Assembly (NCBI GenBank): GCA_024276825.1
Contig: JAJRWI010000003.1
Coordinates: forward strand, 1 to 64,000
Length of the DNA: 64,000 nucleotides
Source of the DNA: an archaeon
GTDB taxonomy: Archaea > Asgardarchaeota > Thorarchaeia > Thorarchaeales > Thorarchaeaceae
Reading direction: 5' to 3'
The notes beneath the pieces were generated by a model, which saw nothing but the letters and a program-made list of their open reading frames with translations, did not search any database and was not told where the DNA came from. The translations under genes were made by a program, and so were the position numbers. Of this stretch, positions 57,229-64,000 are shown in pieces; position 1 is the stretch's first letter; every line of letters begins with the position of its first letter.

Positions 57229-58080
57229 ATGAAAATGCGATCCCTTGCCCCTATGATATTAGTGATCATGACGCTCATGCCAGTCCAAGTCATTCCAGTC
57301 TTGGCGTCCACATTGGGGGCAGAATTTCCACCTCAAGAGAATCTGCAGGTCTTTGAGATTGAATCATTCACTTACCGCATTGCAATCACAGCAGAGGATG
57401 GCACAGACCTGCTTCTAATCAGAGGGACCTATCAGGTGTATTATCACTATCAGCACCATCAACCTACAGTCAGCGAACATCATTACTACATCCTGATTGG
57501 GTTTTATTTTGGAAGGACCATGTTGGGAAGACCGCTCCTCAGTAGTGTTGCTGCAAGTCGGATTGCATTCTATCCCCAATGGCAAGATGCCACTGGTGTC
57601 AGACATGACATGGTCCGAGAGCATCCGCTAATCATGGTTAATGATACAATCAGAGACCAGCAGATTATTGGGGCAACAATGTTAATGGTCAAGTTTCCGG
57701 TTTCACGATACTTATCGGAGTTCGGAGGTCAATGGGAAATCAAGGACCTTAATCTCACCCTTGTCGATGGTAGAGAAGTTTCAATCTCCAGCATCAGGAT
57801 TGGCCTTGTAAAACATAACAATGACAATCACCCAGTGATCTCCTTCTTTAACAGCTCTGATGACCTCACCTATTCTGCGGAGAATACAAGACTTGCCATC
57901 AGTCTAGCAGTGCCTGCTTCTGCTATAATGCTGCTCGACTCAGCAGTGTTCTATTCAAGCATTATTCTCCTCTCATCATTTGCGGTCTCTGCCATAGTGA
58001 GAATCAGAAACAGAGTCAGGAGAGAGATGAATCCAAGTGATATATCCACAGTCCTGAATTCAGAATCATATTGGGGTTAG
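57229..58080 (+). CDS. Hypothetical secreted/membrane-anchored protein
   Basis: Signal-like N-terminus and C-terminal TM segment. Confidence 0.65.
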   Translation: MKMRSLAPMILVIMTLMPVQVIPVLASTLGAEFPPQENLQVFEIESFTYRIAITAEDGTDLLLIRGTYQVYYHYQHHQPTVSEHHYYILIGFYFGRTMLGRPLLSSVAASRIAFYPQWQDATGVRHDMVREHPLIMVNDTIRDQQIIGATMLMVKFPVSRYLSEFGGQWEIKDLNLTLVDGREVSISSIRIGLVKHNNDNHPVISFFNSSDDLTYSAENTRLAISLAVPASAIMLLDSAVFYSSIILLSSFAVSAIVRIRNRVRREMNPSDISTVLNSESYWG

Positions 58081-58145
58081 CAGATAATAATCTTCAGTGC
58101 TCTAGAGTAATCTTTAATAACAGATTCCGCCGACTTCACTCTTGA

Positions 58146-58260
58146 TGCCGGCCATAGGTGGCGGGGCTCACCCGATCTCGTTCCGATCTCGGAAGTTAAG
58201 CCCGCTACCGTTGTGGGAGATCTGCGGTGCGCGAGCCCGTGAGAGGCCCACAAGCTGGCA
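58146..58260 (+). rRNA. rrf: 5S rRNA (unlinked, no intron)
   Basis: GGCCATAG, CACCCGATCTCGTTCCGATCTCGGAAGTTAAG; terminal helix TGCCGGC/GCTGGCA. Confidence 0.95.
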
Positions 58261-58324
58261 CATTCTTGTTCTTGGTGCGAGAATTGTGATTGTATAAACA
58301 GCTAAGCTTAAAGGAGAAAGCACA

Positions 58325-59461
58325 ATGGGGGGAGTGATAGTGATGCAAGCAGTTCAGACGGACCCCTTTAGCTGGATTATTAATTTGCTATTCTTTGCGT
58401 TTATCATAATCATTAGTCTATATGGCGCCAAGATACAGATGTGGCAGTGGCTCAAGCAGATAGAAGTGGGGCTACTAGAGTTAAAACAGATGTTCTTTGA
58501 GTCAAGACAGGTGGCAATTGACACTTTCAAGAGGTATGGGAAGGATGAAAAAGAGGTTGCAAAGGATTTAGACAGGTGGCTAGACTATTTCACGATCATG
58601 CCAGTTGATTTAGACCCGGCTGGAGTGCTAAAGCGCTTGGATCACCTTCTAGACAACCGCCGAAACCGCTTTCAGGAGTTTGTGAGTGATCTGGCACCGC
58701 AAGCAACAGAGAGTCAGGTGCAGTCCTTAGAGAACACGTTGGAAGTCACCCAAGTGCTCGGACTAATTTTTCGTATAGTTAGGCACTTTTACATTCTTGG
58801 AAAGAAGACTGGAAGTCAGATTCTGATCATGCAGATTCATATGCAGATGCCCGATATCATGAGGTTGGCAAAGGCATATTATGAGGCCTTGGACGCGTTC
58901 TCTGAGGAGAAGCCCATAGGCGATGGAATAGGGCCTTTGGTAGTGACCAAGTTTGCTCATGAGATGGGGGCAACTGCCAATGACTATGTTCATGAGGTGA
59001 CCCGTGAGGTCGGATACTACAAGGTCAAATTTGAGAACAGGGATGTCTTTGTGCTTCGTGCAACTGGTCCTGGGGGTACTGTTGGGAAGCCAGGCTTTGC
59101 AGTGAAGAAGATTGTAGAAGAGAACAATGGTCAGATATCTCGGATAATCACTGTGGATGCAGCCTTAAAACTCGAGGGGGAAGAATTAGGCAGGGTTTCA
59201 GAGGGCACAGGTGCTGCGATTGGAGATCCCGGTCCTGAGAAGTATGCCATCGAACAGACTGCCACAGACTTCAACATTGGTATTGAGGCCATCGTCATAA
59301 AAGAGGATGAGGCAGCTGCTATTGGAGTTATGCCAAAGCAGGTGTTGGATGCCTTGCCCGAAGTGATAGAGAGGATAAAGGAGGCCATTCTCAAGAGGAC
59401 CAAACCGGGAGAGAAGATAATCTTGGCGGGAATTGGCAACACCATAGGCATAGGACTCTGA
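58325..59461 (+). CDS. DUF1512 family protein
   Basis: P...DP.G, PIGD..GP, GPG..VG.PG, DAALKLEGE and GIGNT.GIG motifs. Confidence 0.9.
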   Translation: MGGVIVMQAVQTDPFSWIINLLFFAFIIIISLYGAKIQMWQWLKQIEVGLLELKQMFFESRQVAIDTFKRYGKDEKEVAKDLDRWLDYFTIMPVDLDPAGVLKRLDHLLDNRRNRFQEFVSDLAPQATESQVQSLENTLEVTQVLGLIFRIVRHFYILGKKTGSQILIMQIHMQMPDIMRLAKAYYEALDAFSEEKPIGDGIGPLVVTKFAHEMGATANDYVHEVTREVGYYKVKFENRDVFVLRATGPGGTVGKPGFAVKKIVEENNGQISRIITVDAALKLEGEELGRVSEGTGAAIGDPGPEKYAIEQTATDFNIGIEAIVIKEDEAAAIGVMPKQVLDALPEVIERIKEAILKRTKPGEKIILAGIGNTIGIGL

Positions 59462-59462
59462 G

Positions 59463-59843
59463 GTGAATAATATGGGAATTGCAGGTAAGATAATTGGTGT
59501 AATAATGACTGGGACTGGGATGGTGTTGTTGACATTGGGCATGGATCCAAATATTGGTATTCTCTCGTGGGGATATTTCATCATCGGACTCTTCATGATG
59601 TCCCTTGGTATGGCATTGATCACTGGGGGCAAGTCACAACAGGTGAAAAAGCCAAAGCCCCCAACAATCACTGAAATCAGGTGCGATAATACCGAGTGCA
59701 CCTTCAAAGAACTCCGTGATTTCGAGCGTGGCGATTACATTCTAAAGCCCCTAGATGTGTCATGTCCAAGATGTGGAAGTACAATGACCATCCAAGGAAT
59801 CTATATTGTCAGGGACGAGTCAGAAGAGAAGATCAAGATATGA
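59463..59843 (+). CDS. Membrane protein with C-terminal Zn-ribbon
   Basis: Two TM segments; C...C.F...R.F..GDYI...CPRCG. Confidence 0.75.
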   Translation: MNNMGIAGKIIGVIMTGTGMVLLTLGMDPNIGILSWGYFIIGLFMMSLGMALITGGKSQQVKKPKPPTITEIRCDNTECTFKELRDFERGDYILKPLDVSCPRCGSTMTIQGIYIVRDESEEKIKI

Positions 59844-59849
59844 TTGGAC

Positions 59850-60749
59850 TCATCTCGTGAGAACGATGGGTCCTGTTTCACTGATGAATATTGTATCCTC
59901 AGACTGTGAAACAGGGCGTCCACTCCTCTCATATATGACTGGATGCCCTTTGATTACACGATAACGTAGCAACTCCCGGATTGTTGCAACTAGGTCTATG
60001 CTTTCCTCTTTTACACCAATCCATCGTAGGGCAAATGGGAGAGGGCCATATTTCTTCAGAAGATGCAACCTGAGCTTCTCAGCGACCCCTTTCAAGCCCC
60101 GGTCCAACCCGGTATTGGAGAACATGTAGATGTTTTTACTGTCTTGAATGTTTCTCCCTGTTGTGGCATATGGCTCGATTGCATAATATTCGCCAGACTC
60201 GATTCTTCCGATGCCTCGCTTCTTCTCATTCGGGACTATTTTTCCAGCATACAGTTTGAACTGTTCAATGCTGTGACCACTCATGTTCTTGACAGGGCGA
60301 AGACCATACGCCTTTATGACCTTCGCTATTCTTGAACCAATGTCACCAAGGTCCCTGCCAGGTGTCATCATTTCAATTGCTTCTTGAAGTGCATCATCAG
60401 TGGCATCAATAAACCCGCTGATTGTGCCATCAATGTCCACTGTTCGAGCAGTGTCTGCAATATACCCATCCACATGTACGCCTATGTCTATCTTTACAAG
60501 ACCCCAATCGGGAATGACTGCCCTGTCCCTTGGGGGTGAGGTATAATGAGCAACCACTTCATTGAGGGACACACAGGCAGGGAACGCTGGGAGGCCACCA
60601 TATTCGACAATCTTTTTCTCCGCAGTATTGCAGATCCGATATAGTTTTACTCCAGGCTTTATTTCTTGGACTATCTCCCTCATTACTCGCGCTGCAATGG
60701 CCCCCGCCCTTACACTCAGTGGATGTGGCTTTGAAGTCATATGCACCAA
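59850..60749 (-). CDS. map: Type II methionine aminopeptidase paralogue (divergent)
   Basis: DIGVHVDGYIADTA, GH, IEP and QSE motifs; LHAG replaced by LYAG. Confidence 0.88.
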   Translation of the reverse strand: MVHMTSKPHPLSVRAGAIAARVMREIVQEIKPGVKLYRICNTAEKKIVEYGGLPAFPACVSLNEVVAHYTSPPRDRAVIPDWGLVKIDIGVHVDGYIADTARTVDIDGTISGFIDATDDALQEAIEMMTPGRDLGDIGSRIAKVIKAYGLRPVKNMSGHSIEQFKLYAGKIVPNEKKRGIGRIESGEYYAIEPYATTGRNIQDSKNIYMFSNTGLDRGLKGVAEKLRLHLLKKYGPLPFALRWIGVKEESIDLVATIRELLRYRVIKGHPVIYERSGRPVSQSEDTIFISETGPIVLTR

Positions 60750-60977
60750 TGACTAATCATCAACAGCCCTCTTAAGATGTTTCATCAGCGCGAGTGAGTT
60801 GAGCCGCAAATTTCAGTGGTGGAAAAGTTGTGCAGACTTGTCATGTCAGTCAGAAGTGGAGTCATGGCAAAAAGAATTGGCGCATTCACTTTCACTCTCA
60901 GAGGATGGGAACACATGGTCCTTGTTCGGACTGGTTCATCTTCCGATGATAAGTTTGAATAAGTTCAGTCCGTCGGA

Positions 60978-61874
60978 CTAGTCCATTCTGGTTGTGACTA
61001 TAGCGCCCCTTTCGCCAACAAAAATTGAGTGTTCAGCTTGAGACACCAGCCCGTCTTTGCCCTCGAGAAGGACCGGATATTGGTGTATTGCCCCTGCCCT
61101 AACAAGGTTGTGAATTGCAGCATCAATATTGGTCTTCCCATCGTACAGCCATCGAGATGCCCATGGCAGAGACCCAAACTTGCGTCTGGCAGTGTTCCTG
61201 ACCTGCATGGTAAGCCGATCCAACTTCTTCTTATTGGACATGTTGTTTGAGAAAATATAGGCCTCCCTCGAGTTTTTGATTGTGCCATTGCCATTGGTGG
61301 CAAAGGGCTCGATTGCAAATGTTTCTCCAAGCATCATCTTGTCAGACCTGCGGGTACCAATGTTAGGAACATTTTTCCCAGCATGTAGGTTCCATTGTTT
61401 CAGTTGATGTCCTGATAGTTGGTGTACAGGTTTAAGACCATGCCTTTTGATTGATCTTTCGATGACCTTTCCAATTTCACCAACTTGAACGCCCGGATAT
61501 ACTGCATCAATGGCTGCATCAAGAGCATCATTAGCTGCAATGATGTAGTTCTCCAGCGACCCATCGAGATCCACAGTTATCGCAGTATCAGAGATATGCC
61601 CGTTCACATGAGCGCCAATGTCCAGCTTGACAAGCCCCTTGTCTGGAAATACTCGTCTATCGCCATACGGACTGCTATAATGCGCCGCCTCATTATTAAT
61701 TGAAACATTGCAGGGAAATGCCAGTCGCCCCCCGTACTCGATTATTCTCTTTTCTGCTAAGGTGCAGATCTTTAAAACTTTCACCCCGGGTCTGATGAGC
61801 TTAGAGACTTCTTTGATCACTCTTGCTGTAATTTTGCCTGCCTGAATGAAGTCAGGATGTGGCTGAACTGTCAT
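60978..61874 (-). CDS. map: Type II methionine aminopeptidase
   Basis: AAHY, DIGAHVNG.ISDTA, GH, LHAG, IEPF and QAEH motifs. Confidence 0.95.
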   Translation of the reverse strand: MTVQPHPDFIQAGKITARVIKEVSKLIRPGVKVLKICTLAEKRIIEYGGRLAFPCNVSINNEAAHYSSPYGDRRVFPDKGLVKLDIGAHVNGHISDTAITVDLDGSLENYIIAANDALDAAIDAVYPGVQVGEIGKVIERSIKRHGLKPVHQLSGHQLKQWNLHAGKNVPNIGTRRSDKMMLGETFAIEPFATNGNGTIKNSREAYIFSNNMSNKKKLDRLTMQVRNTARRKFGSLPWASRWLYDGKTNIDAAIHNLVRAGAIHQYPVLLEGKDGLVSQAEHSIFVGERGAIVTTRMD

Positions 61875-61957
61875 ATTATCGCCACTACTGCAACAAACTG
61901 GAAGAGTCTTAAGCAATTCTGTCTGACTAATCGGTAAAGAAAGTAGGTGAGAATCTG

Positions 61958-62635
61958 ATGATGAAGATCACATATCTAGGTCACGCATCATTCAAGGTGG
62001 AGGCAGATGGAAAGACTATTTTTCTGGACCCTTGGCTCAATGGTCCCACATCCCCAATGAAAGTTGATGATGTGACTGCAGCAGACATCGTTCTAGTCAC
62101 ACATGACCACGGGGATCATGGTTATGCGGAGGGTGTAGAAATATGCAAAAAGACTGGTGCAACATTTGTTGCAATAAATGAACTGGGGTTGAGAGCAAAG
62201 TCTGATGGTGTTGAGAATGTGCATACATTGAATATTGGGGGTAGTGTTCAGATTGGTGATATCAGCATCACCTTGGTGCATGCGTTTCACTCATGCGAGG
62301 CAGGATCCCCAACAGGATTCATTGTGAAACTTCCGGGCGGTACATTATATCATCCTGGCGACACGGGCATCTTCACAGACATGGCATTGTTTGGCGAACT
62401 GTATTCTATTGATGTGTTCTTTGCACCCATTGGAAGCTACTACACAATGGACATAACCCAAGCTGCCAAGGCAGTGGAACTCATCATGCCAAAGGTCACC
62501 ATCCCAATGCACTATGGCACATTCCCTGTCATCTCAGCAAACCCCGAGGACTTTGCTAAGCTCGTGGCCAATATGGCACCAAAAGTTTCTGTTGAAATAT
62601 TGAGTCCGGGGAACTCGAAAGAAATCAATATCTGA
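61958..62635 (+). CDS. UPF0173 MBL-fold metal-dependent hydrolase
   Basis: LGHA.F, THDHGDH, YHPGDT and PMHY.TF motifs. Confidence 0.93.
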   Translation: MMKITYLGHASFKVEADGKTIFLDPWLNGPTSPMKVDDVTAADIVLVTHDHGDHGYAEGVEICKKTGATFVAINELGLRAKSDGVENVHTLNIGGSVQIGDISITLVHAFHSCEAGSPTGFIVKLPGGTLYHPGDTGIFTDMALFGELYSIDVFFAPIGSYYTMDITQAAKAVELIMPKVTIPMHYGTFPVISANPEDFAKLVANMAPKVSVEILSPGNSKEINI

Positions 62636-62652
62636 GCCATAAAGGTGGTAAA

Positions 62653-62950
62653 GCTGGGGAGTGTGGTCGATGCCTATTCCCCAGCACACTAACCCTCAGC
62701 TTCATGGCATCAGACATTGCGTCTGGCTCTGCTGAGCCGCCTCGTGTAGGGAGTTATGGCACCGACCGACCCGCCAATGTACGACACCATGGTGACACAC
62801 CAGTCCTTGAGGGAACTCATCCTTCTCATGGTAGTCCGTTGTGGGTCGTTTAGTTTTTCGGCGGGCCCAGCCCAGATGTCACCCATCCTTTGCGCAACAC
62901 ATCATTGTTACCTCAGTGCGCCCTCGTAGATGGGCATCTGTATTCTGGGT
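62653..62950 (-). ncRNA. Unassigned structured RNA candidate (~300 nt, three long hairpins); strand tentative
   Basis: GC-rich island with no credible ORF and multiple 6-10 bp stems containing G-U pairs. Confidence 0.5.
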
Positions 62951-63215
62951 GGTTAAAATATTGTAACTTGATGTTATTAGCATTATCAATTAGTCTTACT
63001 GAACTTCACTATTTGAAGCAATGTAGCAAGCTGAAGGCAGTTCGTTCATTGGTATAACGACATCTTCAAATACTCAATTATTGACCAAATAATCGTAAGC
63101 AGTCGAGATAACTCGACATGCAGTAAACGAAATTAGAATAATCATAATCATGACCGCGAGTATCGGCCGAGGACTGATGTGAGTCCTTATGAGGGGCGAA
63201 GCGCGCTATATGATG

Positions 63216-63245
63216 ATCATCACTCACTAAATCATCACTCACTAA
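63216..63245. repeat. 15-bp tandem duplication
   Basis: ATCATCACTCACTAA x2 followed by a degenerate third unit. Confidence 0.7.
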
Positions 63246-63394
63246 ATCATCTTCATCACTTCATGAAAAAGGTCAGAAAAATGACTGAGAAGAGAAGGGA
63301 GTAATCATTACTGGATGATGGGCGGGGTGTGGGCTTCACCTCTGTCAGAGGCCTGTTATTTCGCGGTAATAGATACACAGGAGACTATCGATGA

Positions 63395-64000
63395 ATGAAA
63401 GGTGACTTTGATCAGTCTACCGCAAAATACGTCATTCGAGCAAAGATTGAGATAGATGGCGTGGTAGACAAACCCGATGTTGTAGGTGCTATATTTGGAC
63501 AGACAGAGGGGTTATTAGGTGAGGACTTGGACCTGAGAGAGTTACAACGCACAGGCAGAATTGGCCGAATTCAGATTGCTATTAAATCAGAGGGGGGGAT
63601 GAGCAAGGGAGAGATTGTGATTCCTGTGTCCCTTGATAAGACTGCCACTGCAATTCTTGCTGCATCTCTTGAAACCGTTGATCGTGTTGGACCATGTCTT
63701 GCAAAAGTGACACTATTGAAGCTTGAAGACATCAGAGGTGCAAAGCGTAGAAGGGTTGTAAGCAGGGCAATCAGCATTCTGAAGGGATGGGAGGAGGAGA
63801 TCGCCCCCGGATCTGAAGAGATTACTGGTGCTGTGACAAAGGCAAGTAAAAAGAGCATTATCAAGTATGGTCCTGACAAGCTTCCTGCTGGACCAGACTT
63901 GCCCTCCAGTGACGAGATCATAATTGTGGAGGGAAGAGCTGATGTTCTCAACCTCATGAAGAGTGGAATTGCCAATGCCATTGCTGTTGAGGGCACTCAT
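63395..64000 (+). CDS. dnaG: Archaeal DnaG (exosome-associated TOPRIM protein), runs off the window end
   Basis: Hand translation KY.IRA..EIDGVVDKPDVVGAIFGQTEGLLG.DLDLRELQ.TGRIGRI and VEGRADV. Confidence 0.96.
   Translation, partial: MKGDFDQSTAKYVIRAKIEIDGVVDKPDVVGAIFGQTEGLLGEDLDLRELQRTGRIGRIQIAIKSEGGMSKGEIVIPVSLDKTATAILAASLETVDRVGPCLAKVTLLKLEDIRGAKRRRVVSRAISILKGWEEEIAPGSEEITGAVTKASKKSIIKYGPDKLPAGPDLPSSDEIIIVEGRADVLNLMKSGIANAIAVEGTH

Noticed and set aside
960-62635. ACTCC-family introns inside protein-coding genes (e.g. ACTCC at ~14039 and ~40504)
   Set aside because: By eye these lack the flanking stem and BHB, and the proteins read normally; a covariance-model scan is still needed.
62746-62753. 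8-nt complementarity between the candidate ncRNA and 16S (GTAGGGAG) next to intron 2
   Set aside because: An 8-nt match is expected by chance between sequences of these lengths.
62653-62950. RNase P or SRP RNA identity; 58-aa minus-strand ORF
   Set aside because: ACACGAGGCGGCTCA resembles RNase P CR-V but there is no matching CR-I/P4; no SRP helix-8 CAGG-GNRA-AGCAG; the ORF has no recognisable features.
63153-63206. Hammerhead ribozyme
   Set aside because: The core reads CTGATGTGA and GAAG instead of CTGANGA and GAAA; stems I and III cannot be formed convincingly.
63571-64000. Minus-strand ORFs at the window end
   Set aside because: Antisense shadows of dnaG.

Overview
Core chromosomal region of an archaeon, most consistent with an Asgard archaeon (probably Thorarchaeia). 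This is inferred from rpS30e, PolD DP1, a longin/NPRL2-like protein, an RPA3-like gene and an unlinked 16S. It holds the 3' end of a stand-alone 16S rRNA, a 5S rRNA, three tRNAs and housekeeping clusters for transcription/translation, KEOPS, replication (cdc6 with ORB boxes, DP1, PCNA, PriS, GINS, DnaG), exosome and C/D RNP. It also has an unusual Hdr cluster, acs, pyrKD and a short accessory region (VapBC, ABC transporter, pseudogene). The most striking signal is eight tiny (17-32 nt) bulge-helix-bulge (BHB) type hairpin introns: two in universally conserved 16S sites (E. coli ~1346/1347 and ~1499/1500) and two in each of the three tRNAs, four of the six tRNA introns at non-canonical positions. 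Three of them (both 16S introns and the tRNA-Trp T-loop intron) share a TCAS-ACTCC-STGA hairpin with compensatory stem changes, suggesting one mini-intron family that spreads between rRNA and tRNA genes. Other leads: an unassigned ~300-nt structured ncRNA, an orphan one-spacer CRISPR-like array, a dispersed intergenic repeat, an NPRL2-like/ODP locus, a catalytically degenerate GAN/Cdc45 and an asymmetric HdrA pair with a wHTH-ferredoxin partner. All calls come from reading the sequence by eye; no database searches were run.
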